Part shown: positions 34,045 to 42,325 of the stretch, one piece after another
How positions within the stretch are numbered: the stretch's first letter is position 1
Layout: each line of letters starts with the position of its first letter
NCBI GenBank assembly: GCA_963811375.1
Contig: CAWEQY010000008.1
Location: 34,092 to 98,091 of the forward strand
DNA length: 64,000 bases
Origin: an uncultured Solirubrobacterales bacterium
GTDB taxonomy: Bacteria; Actinomycetota; Thermoleophilia; Solirubrobacterales; 70-9
Reading direction: 5' to 3'
The notes under the pieces: generated by a model
What the model saw: the letters and a program-made list of their open reading frames with translations, nothing else
Told to the model about the DNA's origin: nothing
Databases searched by the model: none
Translations under genes and position numbers: made by a program

Positions 34045-34875
34045 GTGCGCTCCACCTTGATCACGGGAGCTTCGACCGGCATCGGCCGGGCCACGGCGCT
34101 GCGCCTGGATACCGCCGGATGGCAGGTCTTCGCCGGTGTCCGCAAGCAGGAGGACGCCACCGCCCTGAGCGAGGCGGGCAGCGAGCGCCTGACGCCGCTG
34201 ATCCTCGACATCACCGACGCCGAGCAGATCGCCGCTGCCGCCACGCGGGTCGAAGCCGAGTCCGAGGGAGGGCTCGACGGCCTCGTCAACAACGCCGGGG
34301 TTGCCATTCCCGGTCCCCTGGAGACGCTCGCGATCGACGACTTCCGGCGCCAGATCGAGGTCAACATGACCGGCCAGGTCGCCGTTACCCAGGCACTGCT
34401 GCCTTCGATACGCGCCGCCCGGGGCCGCGTCGTCTTCATCAGCTCGATCGGCGGCCGCGTCGCCCTGCCGCTGACCGGCGCCTACCACGCCGCCAAGTTC
34501 GGGATCGAGGCAGTGGGGGACATCTTCCGCCAGGAGCTGCGGCCCTGGGGCATTTCGGTCTCGATCGTCGAGCCAGGCTCGATCGACACGCCCATTTGGG
34601 AGCGCGGCGAGCGCACCGCCGACGAGATCGGGACGCCGGAGCGCGAAGCCCTCTACGGCAGGGTGGTCGAGCGCTACCGCAAGGTGATCAAGGACACCGC
34701 CGAGCGTGGGATCCCGCCGGAGAAGGCAGCGCAAGCGATCGAGCACGCTCTCACTGCCAGTCGTCCCCGGACGCGCTACCTGGTCGGCCTCGAAGCCAAG
34801 GTGGCGGCGCGGGCGAAGCTGCTGATCCCAACCCGGATCTTCGATCGGATCGTCGCCCGGCAAATGAATTTGTAG
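34045..34875 (+). CDS. SDR family oxidoreductase
   Basis: LITGASTGIGRATALRL, NNAGV and YHAAKFG (YxxxK). Confidence 0.85.
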   Translation: MRSTLITGASTGIGRATALRLDTAGWQVFAGVRKQEDATALSEAGSERLTPLILDITDAEQIAAAATRVEAESEGGLDGLVNNAGVAIPGPLETLAIDDFRRQIEVNMTGQVAVTQALLPSIRAARGRVVFISSIGGRVALPLTGAYHAAKFGIEAVGDIFRQELRPWGISVSIVEPGSIDTPIWERGERTADEIGTPEREALYGRVVERYRKVIKDTAERGIPPEKAAQAIEHALTASRPRTRYLVGLEAKVAARAKLLIPTRIFDRIVARQMNL

Positions 34876-34929
34876 TCGCCCGACCCGAGGACGGGATCGC
34901 CCAATCCCGTCCTATACTGAGCGGGCCGA

Positions 34930-35805
34930 TTGACTGGTCAGTCAGCCAGCAGCGACGAACTCTCGGAGGAAGTGTTGCGAGCAGCCGCCGTACAGCTCAA
35001 CTCGAACGCAGACAAGGCCCGGAACCTCGCCACGGCCGAGCGGCTGGTGCGCGCCGCCGCGGCCGACGGGGCCGAGCTCGCCGCGCTGCCGGAGAAGTGG
35101 AACCTGCTGGCCGGGGGCGAGGAGCTGGTGGCGGGGGCGGAGCCACTCGATGGTCCCAGCTTGACGGCGGCCCGCGGTTGGGCGCGGGAGCTCGGAATCC
35201 ACCTACTGGCCGGCAGCATCGCCGAGCGCGGCGAGGGCGAGAAGGTCGCCAACACCTCGGTCCTGATTGGCCCCGAGGGCGAGGAGCTCGCCGTCTATCG
35301 CAAGATCCACATGTTCGATGTCGACGCCGGCGGCGTCTCCTACCGCGAGTCCGAGCACGAGCGGCCCGGCGCGGAGATCGTCACCGGCCCGGTTGGAGAG
35401 CTGATCGCCGGGCTCAGTGTCTGTTACGACCTGCGCTTCCCGGAGCTGTTCCGCATCCTCGCCCTGCGCGGCGCCCGCGTCCTCACCGTGCCCTCCGCCT
35501 TCACCGCCGCCACCGGTCGCGATCACTGGGAGGTGCTGCTGCGAGCGCGGGCGATCGAGAACCAGGCCTTTGTCCTCGCCCCGAACCAGATCGGCCGGGC
35601 TGCGCCTCATTTCGACTCCTTCGGCCACTCGGCAATCGTCGATCCGTGGGGGAAGGTGCTGGCGATGGCGGCCGACGAAGAGTGCTTCGTCGCCGCCGAG
35701 CTCGACCTGGTGGCCCAGGAGCACGTCCGCGAGTCGCTGCCCGCGTTGGCCAACCGCCGCCCCCGGGCATATACCTGGCCGCGACTGGCGGAGGCACGGG
35801 CCTGA
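34930..35805 (+). CDS. Carbon-nitrogen hydrolase (nitrilase superfamily)
   Basis: AAVQLNS...LPEKWN (Glu), YRKIHMFD (Lys) and SVCYDLRFPELF (Cys). The start codon is uncertain (TTG at 34930). Confidence 0.85.
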   Translation: MTGQSASSDELSEEVLRAAAVQLNSNADKARNLATAERLVRAAAADGAELAALPEKWNLLAGGEELVAGAEPLDGPSLTAARGWARELGIHLLAGSIAERGEGEKVANTSVLIGPEGEELAVYRKIHMFDVDAGGVSYRESEHERPGAEIVTGPVGELIAGLSVCYDLRFPELFRILALRGARVLTVPSAFTAATGRDHWEVLLRARAIENQAFVLAPNQIGRAAPHFDSFGHSAIVDPWGKVLAMAADEECFVAAELDLVAQEHVRESLPALANRRPRAYTWPRLAEARA

Positions 35806-36404
35806 TGGCCAAGGCACCGCCGGTCGACAAGCGCCGCCAGATCCTCGATGCGGCGATCCGCGTTTTCGCCCGCCAGGGCTTCCACGCGACCCGGGTCTCC
35901 GACATCGCCGACGAGGCCGGCGTCGCCTACGGGCTCGTCTACCACTACTTCCGCTCCAAGGACGAGGTGCTGAACGAGCTCTTCGTCGAGCGCTGGTCGC
36001 TGCTGCTGAGCGCGATCGAGGAGACCGACCGCATGGGGGAGACGCCGCGCGACAAGCTCGGAGCGGTGGCGGCCTTCATCGTCGACTCCTACCGCCACGA
36101 CCCCGAGCTGATGAAGGTGATCATCGTCGAGGTCACCCGCGCCGCCAACTCCTTCGGGCGTACCCACCTGCCGGAGATCCGCCGCGCCTACCAGTCGATC
36201 GCCAAGATCGTCGAGGACGGACAGAAGGCGGGCGCCTTCCGCGACGACGTGGCACCGATGTTCGCCTCGATGTCCTTCTACGGCGCCATCGAGCAGCTGC
36301 TCTCGGGCTGGATCTTCGACGTCATCCCGGCCTCCGACACAGACTTCGACCAGGCCAAGGAACTTGTGGTGACGACGATTTGCGACGGGCTCGAGCCGCG
36401 ATAG
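35805..36404 (+). CDS. TetR-family transcriptional regulator
   Basis: ATG at 35805 overlaps the upstream TGA. The sequence RRQILDAAIRVFARQGFHATRVSDIADEAGVAYGLVYHYFRSKDEVL is TetR-type. It occupies the last 200 codons of the artefactual ORF 34119..36404. Confidence 0.85.
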   Translation: MAKAPPVDKRRQILDAAIRVFARQGFHATRVSDIADEAGVAYGLVYHYFRSKDEVLNELFVERWSLLLSAIEETDRMGETPRDKLGAVAAFIVDSYRHDPELMKVIIVEVTRAANSFGRTHLPEIRRAYQSIAKIVEDGQKAGAFRDDVAPMFASMSFYGAIEQLLSGWIFDVIPASDTDFDQAKELVVTTICDGLEPR

Positions 36405-36423
36405 GTAAGGTCGCAAACCGGGT

Positions 36424-36558
36424 ATGGAAAACGAGATGGTCAGAAGATTGCTCTGGAGCGGCGTGCTTGCGGCAAGCAGCGCCCTCGCCAGCATCGCCGC
36501 GGCGCGCCTTGCGGCTGTGATCTGGCGCCGAGTCTTCGACGAAGATCCGCCGGAGTAG
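36424..36558 (+). CDS. 44-aa small membrane protein (DUF4235-like?), not in the ORF track
   Basis: ATG at 36424 and TAG at 36556..36558 give MENEMVRRLLWSGVLAASSALASIAAARLAAVIWRRVFDEDPPE. It lies immediately upstream of the holin-X-like gene. Confidence 0.35.
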   Translation: MENEMVRRLLWSGVLAASSALASIAAARLAAVIWRRVFDEDPPE

Positions 36559-36566
36559 GAGGAGCC

Positions 36567-37091
36567 ATGCCCGATCAGAGCCAGACGCCGCCGCCGACGC
36601 CACCCGCGGGGCCGCCAGCGCCACCGCAGGTGCCGCCCTCCGGCGCCGCCGCGGAGAAGAAGTCGGTCGCCGAGCTGGTCTTCGACGTCACCGAAGGCAC
36701 CTCGTCGCTGGTGCGCGAGGAGTTCGAGCTCGCTAAGGCCGAGGTCACCGAAAAAGTCGGCAAGCTGCTGCGCGGCTCGGTGGTCGGGATCGCCGCCGGG
36801 GTCTTCGCCTTTCTCGCGCTGATCCTGGTCATGGAGGGGATCGCCTGGCTGCTCAACGAAGAGGTCTTCGACGGCAAGACCTGGCCGGGCTTCTTCATCG
36901 AGGCCGCCGTCTTCCTGCTGATCGCGGCCGCCGCCGGCCTGATCGCCTACAAAGCCGTCAAGGCCGGCTCGCCGCCGGTTCCCGAGCAGGCGATCGAAGA
37001 GGCGAAGCTGACCAAGACCATGTTCGAGCGCGAGGCCGAGAGCGCGGCCGAGAACGTCCAGCACAGCGTCGTCAAAGGAGGCGGGAAATGA
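36567..37091 (+). CDS. Actinobacterial holin-X-like (phage holin family) membrane protein
   Basis: A Pro-rich N-terminus is followed by LVREEFELAKAEVTEKVGKLLRG and two TM helices. Confidence 0.55.
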   Translation: MPDQSQTPPPTPPAGPPAPPQVPPSGAAAEKKSVAELVFDVTEGTSSLVREEFELAKAEVTEKVGKLLRGSVVGIAAGVFAFLALILVMEGIAWLLNEEVFDGKTWPGFFIEAAVFLLIAAAAGLIAYKAVKAGSPPVPEQAIEEAKLTKTMFEREAESAAENVQHSVVKGGGK

Positions 37092-37333
37092 GCGTCGACC
37101 CGACCCGTCCCCCGACCGCCGGGATGCCCGGCCGCTCCGCCGCCGAGATCCGCCGCGACATCGATATCCAGCGCCGTCAGCTGGGCGGCTCGGTCGAGGC
37201 CCTGCGTGGGCGGGTGACCGAGCTCACCGACTGGCGCCGCCAGGTCGACGAGCACCGCACGCAGCTGATCGCCGCCGCCGCCGTGGTGGGCTTTGCGATC
37301 GGCGTTCGGGCGATGCTGCGCCGCAGGCGCTAG
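37088..37333 (+). CDS. DUF3618-like small protein
   Basis: SAAEIRRDIDIQRRQLGGSVEALRGRV plus a C-terminal TM helix. Its start overlaps the upstream stop. Confidence 0.5.
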   Translation: MSVDPTRPPTAGMPGRSAAEIRRDIDIQRRQLGGSVEALRGRVTELTDWRRQVDEHRTQLIAAAAVVGFAIGVRAMLRRRR

Positions 37334-37339
37334 GAGGGA

Positions 37340-38221
37340 CTAGCGCAGCGCGACCAGCTCGGTCGGCACGCTGCCGATGCCGAGCAGGCCCGGTCCCACG
37401 TGGGCACCGAGGACGGCGCCGATCTCGGAGACGAAGACCGGCTCGCAGCCGAATATTTCGCGACCGTCGTCGATCAGGCTCGCTGCCGTCTCCTCGTCCT
37501 GGATGTGCTGGACGACCCAGCCATCGGCGCCCTGCTCGTGGCGCTGGCGGGCGTAGTCGCGCAGCCGCTCCAGCGAGCGGGCGCGGGTGCGGACCCGCTC
37601 GACCGGGGTGATCTCCTCCTCGAGGGTGAGGATCGGCTTGATCTTCAGAGCACTGCCGATCCAGGCGCGAGCACCGCCGATGCGGCCACCGCGGCGCAGG
37701 TACTCGAGGGTGTCGATCGCGAACCACATCTTCAGCTCTTCGCGGGTCTTCTCGGCGCGGACGAGGACCGCTGCGGCGTCGGCCCCGGTGAGGGCCGCGG
37801 CGGAGGCTCCGAGGACGGTGAGCCCCATGCCCCCGGCCGCCGAGCGCGAGTCCATGACGTGAATCCGCTCGCCGCCCTTGTCCTCGTCAACCAGCCTCTG
37901 GCGGGCCTGGTTGGCGGCCTCGAAGGTGCCGGAGATGCCGGCGGAGATGTGGATCGAGACGATTTCCTTGCCGGCGTCGAGCAGCGGCGCGTAGACGGAG
38001 GTGAAGTCGCCGATCGAGGGCTGGGAAGTGGTCGCGCCGCTCTCGGAGGCCCGCAGTCGCTCGTAGAAGGCGGCGTAGTCGGAGATGTCGAGCTCGCGCT
38101 CCTGGCGGTCGTCGACGGAGACGTAAAGGCTGATCGTCTCGATGCCCCGCTCCTTGACCAGGTCACAGGGAAGGTAGGCGGTGGTGTCGCAGACGACGGC
38201 CGTCTGGGCGCTCGAGTTCAA
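37340..38221 (-). CDS. DegV family fatty-acid-binding protein
   Basis: AVVCDTTAYLP, TTSQPSIGDF, SIHISAGISGT and HVGPG. Confidence 0.85.
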   Translation of the reverse strand: MNSSAQTAVVCDTTAYLPCDLVKERGIETISLYVSVDDRQERELDISDYAAFYERLRASESGATTSQPSIGDFTSVYAPLLDAGKEIVSIHISAGISGTFEAANQARQRLVDEDKGGERIHVMDSRSAAGGMGLTVLGASAAALTGADAAAVLVRAEKTREELKMWFAIDTLEYLRRGGRIGGARAWIGSALKIKPILTLEEEITPVERVRTRARSLERLRDYARQRHEQGADGWVVQHIQDEETAASLIDDGREIFGCEPVFVSEIGAVLGAHVGPGLLGIGSVPTELVALR

Positions 38222-38287
38222 CTGGGCGATTCTCGCAGACGCGCAGATGGGTGCAGCCCGACCGCTACACTTTGTGAAGTGACGGAT

Positions 38288-38659
38288 ATGCCAAACGCCG
38301 CGATCACCCTCACCGACAAGGCCGCCGAGAAGATCGGCGAGCTGCTGGGGGGTCAGCCCGAGGGCACCGAGCAGGCACTGCGCGTCGCGGTTCGCGGCGG
38401 CGGTTGCTCCGGCTTCCAGTACGCGCTTGCCTTCGACAAGCCCAAGGACGACGACAACGTCTTCGAGGTCGACGGCGTCGCCGTCGTCGTCGACAAGGTC
38501 AGCATGCAGTTCGTCTTCGGCTCCGAGGTCGACTACGTCGAAGGCCTGCAGGGCGCGGGCTTCCAGGTCAACAACCCGAATGTTGTCGCTGCCTGTGGCT
38601 GCGGGTCGTCTTTTCAGGTCAAAGACGACGCCCCATCCGAGCAGGTCGCCGCGGTCTGA
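38288..38659 (+). CDS. erpA: HesB/IscA-type iron-sulfur cluster insertion protein
   Basis: ATG at 38288. The sequence has LRVAVRGGGCSGFQY and the C-terminal CGCGSSF motif. The upstream part of ORF 37400..38659 is rejected. Confidence 0.85.
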   Translation: MPNAAITLTDKAAEKIGELLGGQPEGTEQALRVAVRGGGCSGFQYALAFDKPKDDDNVFEVDGVAVVVDKVSMQFVFGSEVDYVEGLQGAGFQVNNPNVVAACGCGSSFQVKDDAPSEQVAAV

Positions 38660-38677
38660 CCCGGACTGCCTGGCGAG

Positions 38678-39091
38678 CTATTCGATCTGAAGCGGCGGCG
38701 ACTGTGCCGGTGGGCCGTCTGACGGCGTCGCGGCAACTTCCGGCTGCTCGACCCCCAGTGCCTCGGCCAGTTCGCCGGACTCGAACATCTCCTCGACGAT
38801 GTCGGCACCGCCGATCAGATCGCCGTTGACGTAGAGCTGGGGGAAGGTCTGCCATTCGAAGAGCTCCGCGGTTACTTCACGCAGCGGCTGCAGCGCCGGC
38901 AGCACGTCGATCGCGCCGTACTCGACGTCGACCTGGTCGAGCACCTGCACGACGCGCATCGAGAAGCCGCAGCGCGGCATCTCCGGCGTCCCTTTCATGA
39001 AGAGCAGCACCGGGTTGGCGGCGATCAGCTCCTGGACTTTGGACTTCAGCTCTGGGTCGGCCATGGCCGCATTGTAGGGAGGCGTTGCCAC
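38678..39091 (-). CDS. Monothiol (CGFS) glutaredoxin, Grx4 family
   Basis: VLLFMKGTPEMPRCGFSMRVVQVL, WQTFPQLYVNGDLIGGADI. The start may be GTG 39091 or ATG 39064. Confidence 0.85.
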   Translation of the reverse strand: MATPPYNAAMADPELKSKVQELIAANPVLLFMKGTPEMPRCGFSMRVVQVLDQVDVEYGAIDVLPALQPLREVTAELFEWQTFPQLYVNGDLIGGADIVEEMFESGELAEALGVEQPEVAATPSDGPPAQSPPLQIE

Positions 39092-39119
39092 CGGCCTCGA
39101 CGCGGCCTCGGCCTCGCAA

Positions 39120-39323
39120 CTAGAGCTGGGTGACGATGAGGCCGGCCAGGCCCAGGAAGCCGGTGAGCATGGCGACCATCAAGGCGATGAAAGCCTGGAC
39201 CATCGTGTGCTGGAGGCCATCGATGCGAGCGCTCAGCCCATCGACGCGACCGCTCAGGTCGCTGACCCGGTCGTTCAGGTCGTCCAGGCGTGAATCGGTC
39301 CAGGTCGAGCGCATTGACTCCAT
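39120..39323 (-). CDS. Small tail-anchored coiled-coil protein (WTD-RLDD family)
   Basis: ORF trimmed to the ATG at 39323: MESMRSTWTDSRLDDLNDRVSDLSGRVDGLSARIDGLQHT followed by the TM helix ...LTGFLGLAGLIVTQL. Confidence 0.5.
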   Translation of the reverse strand: MESMRSTWTDSRLDDLNDRVSDLSGRVDGLSARIDGLQHTMVQAFIALMVAMLTGFLGLAGLIVTQL

Positions 39324-39381
39324 GCTCCGAAGGCTAGGGGTGCGGGCCGCGCAGGGGGCGAACCGAAGTGTAACTTTTTGT

Positions 39382-39621
39382 CTACAGAGTGGAGGTCTTG
39401 ACCGAGAGCGCGTGAATCGTGCCGTCGTCAAAGCGGGTTTTCACCGCGGCCTTGACCAGGCGGTGCTGGTCGATCCGCGAAAGGCCCTCGAACTGGGTGG
39501 CGCTGACGACCGCTCGCAGGTGGTCGCCGCTGCCGGTTTCGTCGCTGACCTCGACGTCGGCGCCGGGGAGCGCCGCCTCGATCATCGCCGTCAGCTCCGC
39601 CAGGTCCGCCGCCACGGGCAT
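39382..39621 (-). CDS. BolA family protein
   Basis: Trimmed to the ATG at 39621. The sequence has GDHLRAVVSATQFEGLSRIDQHRLVKAAV. Its start overlaps the fprA-like stop by 1 nt. Confidence 0.75.
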   Translation of the reverse strand: MPVAADLAELTAMIEAALPGADVEVSDETGSGDHLRAVVSATQFEGLSRIDQHRLVKAAVKTRFDDGTIHALSVKTSTL

Positions 39622-41027
39622 TAACCGGGCAGCTTCTCGCCGAGGGTCGAGAGCATCTCCTCGACCCTGACGAACTTGACGCGGGGGCGGCCGTGGGGCT
39701 CGCCGCGGCCGACCTCGGCCTGATCGATCGCCTGCCAATCCTCGAAGCTGACGTAGCGGGTGCCGCGCGCGGCCAGCAGCGCCTCGACCGCGGCGGGGTC
39801 CGGATTCTCAGGCGCCAGCAGGGTCTGCGACTCGACGTCGGCGAGCAGGTGGGTGACCGTCTCCAGCGCGTCTTTCTTGTTGGTGCCAATGACGCCAGAG
39901 GGGCCGCGCTTGATCCAGCCAGCCGTGTAGTGACCGACCTTGTGCCCGGCGTCGTGGGAGTCGAGCACGCGACCGCCCTCGTTGAGGATCAGCCCGCGCT
40001 TCGGGTCGAAGGGGACGCCCTCGATTGGGATCCCGGTGTAGCCGACCGAGCGCAGGACCAGGCCGCACTCCAGCTCTTCGCGCTCGCCGGTGTCCTTGGC
40101 CCGCAGCGCCCCGCCCTCCTCGACCAGCTCATTGCGGCCGATGACGATGCTTTCGACCTTGCCGTCGCCTTTGATCTCGACCGGCGAGGCGAGGAAGCGC
40201 AGGACGATCCGCTGGTGCTTGCCCTCGGGCGTGCGCTGGGAGAACTCGCGCAGGGTCTCGACGTTGACGCGGGTGGTCTTGTCGACCTCGTCGGACTCGA
40301 GGAAAGCGGCGCTGGCCGGGTCGAGCTCGACGTCGGCGGGGTCGACGATCACGTCGGCGTCCTCCATCACGCCCAGCTCCTTGATCTCCGGGTTGGTAAA
40401 GGCCGCCTGGACCGGGCCGCGGCGGCCGAGCACGACGATCTCGCGGATCTTCTTCGCGTCGAGCAGCTCGATCGCGTGGTCGGCGGTGTCGGTCTGGCGC
40501 AGCTCGTGGTCGGTCAGGGCCAGCATCCGGGCGACGTCCATCGCCACGTTGCCGTTGCCGATCACCACCGCCCGCTCGCTGGAGAGGTCGAAGTCGTGGT
40601 CGGCGTAATCGGGGTGGGCGTTGTACCAACCGACGAAGGCGGTGGCGGCGGCGCTGCCGGGCAGGTCCTCGCCGGGGACGCCGAGCTGGCGGTCGGTCTC
40701 GCAGCCGACCGTGAAGACGATCGCGTGGTAGAGCCGTTCCAGGTCCTCGACCCCGAGGTCCTGGCCGATCTTGACGTTGCCGAAGAAGCGGAAGCCGTCG
40801 CGGGCCGCGGTTTTTTCATAGACCCGGGTGACCGACTTGATCTTGGGGTGGTCGGGGGCGACGCCGCCGCGGACCAGGCCGAAGGGGGTGGGGAGGCGGT
40901 CGAAGAGGTCGACCTGGGCGTGCAGGTCCTCACCTTTGAGGATGTGCTCGGCGGCGTAGAAGCCGGACGGGCCGGCGCCGACGATGGCGACGCGAAGTGG
41001 GTTCTCGGGGCTGCCGATCTTGCTCAT
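39621..41027 (-). CDS. fprA: Ferredoxin-NADP(+) reductase, FprA/adrenodoxin-reductase type
   Basis: Trimmed to the ATG at 41027 (MSKIGSPENPLRVAIVGAGPSGFYAA). It has GGVAPDHPKIKS and a second Rossmann motif VVIGNGNVAMDVAR. Confidence 0.85.
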   Translation of the reverse strand: MSKIGSPENPLRVAIVGAGPSGFYAAEHILKGEDLHAQVDLFDRLPTPFGLVRGGVAPDHPKIKSVTRVYEKTAARDGFRFFGNVKIGQDLGVEDLERLYHAIVFTVGCETDRQLGVPGEDLPGSAAATAFVGWYNAHPDYADHDFDLSSERAVVIGNGNVAMDVARMLALTDHELRQTDTADHAIELLDAKKIREIVVLGRRGPVQAAFTNPEIKELGVMEDADVIVDPADVELDPASAAFLESDEVDKTTRVNVETLREFSQRTPEGKHQRIVLRFLASPVEIKGDGKVESIVIGRNELVEEGGALRAKDTGEREELECGLVLRSVGYTGIPIEGVPFDPKRGLILNEGGRVLDSHDAGHKVGHYTAGWIKRGPSGVIGTNKKDALETVTHLLADVESQTLLAPENPDPAAVEALLAARGTRYVSFEDWQAIDQAEVGRGEPHGRPRVKFVRVEEMLSTLGEKLPG

Positions 41028-41065
41028 TGGACGCGGAAGAATAGGGAATATCGCCGGCGGGGCGA

Positions 41066-41482
41066 CTATGCGGCCAGGAGCATCTCGGTGCAGTCTGGGC
41101 AGACCCCGTGGTCGATCGCCGGCATCCTCGGCAGTTCGAAGAGCCCGAGCCGCGCCACCGCCTCCTCGACCTCGACCCACTCGCTGTCGACCAGGAAGCG
41201 GTCGCACCAGCCACACATCGTCAGCGTCTCCTCGCCCCGCGGCGTCTCCGCGGCGAGTAGCGGCTGGAACTCGTCGCGCCCCTCTTCCTCGCGCAGGAGG
41301 GCCGAGAAGACGACGTACCGGCCGGAAGCCTGAGAGGCGATGTGGATGTCCATTTTGCGCCGCACCTCCGGCCCGTCGCAGCGGAAGGGGAGGTCGACGC
41401 TGCGAAGCTCGCCACGGACTCGTCGCAACAGCATCCGCTGCAGTTTCTCCAGCTCTTGCCCGGCGACGAAGTCCCAGAGCAA
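41066..41482 (-). CDS. Hypothetical protein with C-terminal Cys4 motif (CGWC...CPDC), PAS-like N-terminal part
   Basis: TTG start at 41482. The sequence has MCGWCDRFLV...HGVCPDCTEML. The frame is open for 42 further codons upstream with no ATG, GTG or TTG. Confidence 0.45.
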   Translation of the reverse strand: MLWDFVAGQELEKLQRMLLRRVRGELRSVDLPFRCDGPEVRRKMDIHIASQASGRYVVFSALLREEEGRDEFQPLLAAETPRGEETLTMCGWCDRFLVDSEWVEVEEAVARLGLFELPRMPAIDHGVCPDCTEMLLAA

Positions 41483-41623
41483 GCGGCCGAGGCTGTTGCC
41501 GGCGCCGTCCCAGCCATTCTCGGCAGCGAAGGCATAGAAGCCGTCGTCGACTCTGACGAGGCGATCCTGGTCGTCGATTACGTAGCTGAGGGTGGTCTGA
41601 ACGATCGGCTAAGGCTAAAGCGC

Positions 41624-42325
41624 CTAGCGCAGCGCGTCGGCGGAAACCGCACTGGAAGTGCCGTCGAGCGCGTCGAGCGCCTTGCGGGCCGACATCGCCA
41701 CGCAGGTGAAGATCGGCGTCTCGCGCTCGGTGTACTCGCTCGACTCGGTCGGGCGCAGCTCGTTGACGAGGTCGAGGAACATCCCCGGGTCGTCGCCCTC
41801 GAAGCAGACGACGAACTCCTGGTCGTCGATGCCGAAGGAGTAGGTGGTGTTGATCGTGATCTCGGGGTAGCGGCGCCCGACCTCGATGTGGCTTTTCATG
41901 ATCCGCCCGCGCTCCTCTGGTGGGAGCCCGTACCAGCGGCGTTGCTTGACCATCGGGTAGAGGAAAAGGTACTTGCGCTCAGAGGTGCAGATCTCCGGCC
42001 TAGCCTGCTCCTCGGAGTAGGGCGAGCGTTTGGTCATCGAGAGGAACGAGTAGGGCGTCTCCGCCCACTTGGCCAGGCCGCTCTGGCCGAGGACGACGTG
42101 GAAAGTGTGGATGTCGTCGAGGTTGGGGCTCTGGCTGAGCAGGACCAGGTCGACGTCGCCGCGCGTGCCTATGGTTGAGTAGGCCCGCAGCGAGCGGTCG
42201 ATGCCGAAGTCCTCGCAGGCGGCGAGGAACTCCTGCTTGTCGGCGGCGCGCAGCTCGGCGTCGCGTCGGCGCCAGGCGGGATCGATCTTGAAGAAAGAAA
42301 ACTTGGCGAACGTCCGATCAGCCAT
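41624..42325 (-). CDS. hemQ: Coproheme decarboxylase / chlorite-dismutase-family protein (HemQ/ChdC)
   Basis: Trimmed to the ATG at 42325 (MADRTFAKFSFFKIDPAW). Diagnostic blocks are YLFLYPMVKQRRWY, IMKSHIEVGRRYP and TTYSFGIDDQEFVVCFE. Confidence 0.85.
   Translation of the reverse strand: MADRTFAKFSFFKIDPAWRRRDAELRAADKQEFLAACEDFGIDRSLRAYSTIGTRGDVDLVLLSQSPNLDDIHTFHVVLGQSGLAKWAETPYSFLSMTKRSPYSEEQARPEICTSERKYLFLYPMVKQRRWYGLPPEERGRIMKSHIEVGRRYPEITINTTYSFGIDDQEFVVCFEGDDPGMFLDLVNELRPTESSEYTERETPIFTCVAMSARKALDALDGTSSAVSADALR

Noticed and set aside
33955-34863. N-terminal 303 codons of the 1310-aa ORF 30931..34863
   Set aside because: This part lies opposite a well-supported SDR gene (34045..34875) and has no cyclase-related sequence. 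The cyclase domain begins right after GTG 33954.
34119-35804. First ~560 codons of the 761-aa ORF 34119..36404
   Set aside because: It is an out-of-frame read-through across the SDR and nitrilase genes (Arg/Pro-rich). Only the terminal 200 codons, starting at ATG 35805, encode a TetR regulator.
39693-41333. 546-aa ORF antisense to fprA (similarly 42570..43892, 44081..46543, 46568..47518, 48493..50997, 48741..51296, 21085..22179, 22692..23699, 35607..37064)
   Set aside because: All are nested opposite or out of frame to genes with strong family motifs, and all translate to low-complexity R/G/A/P/D-rich sequence.
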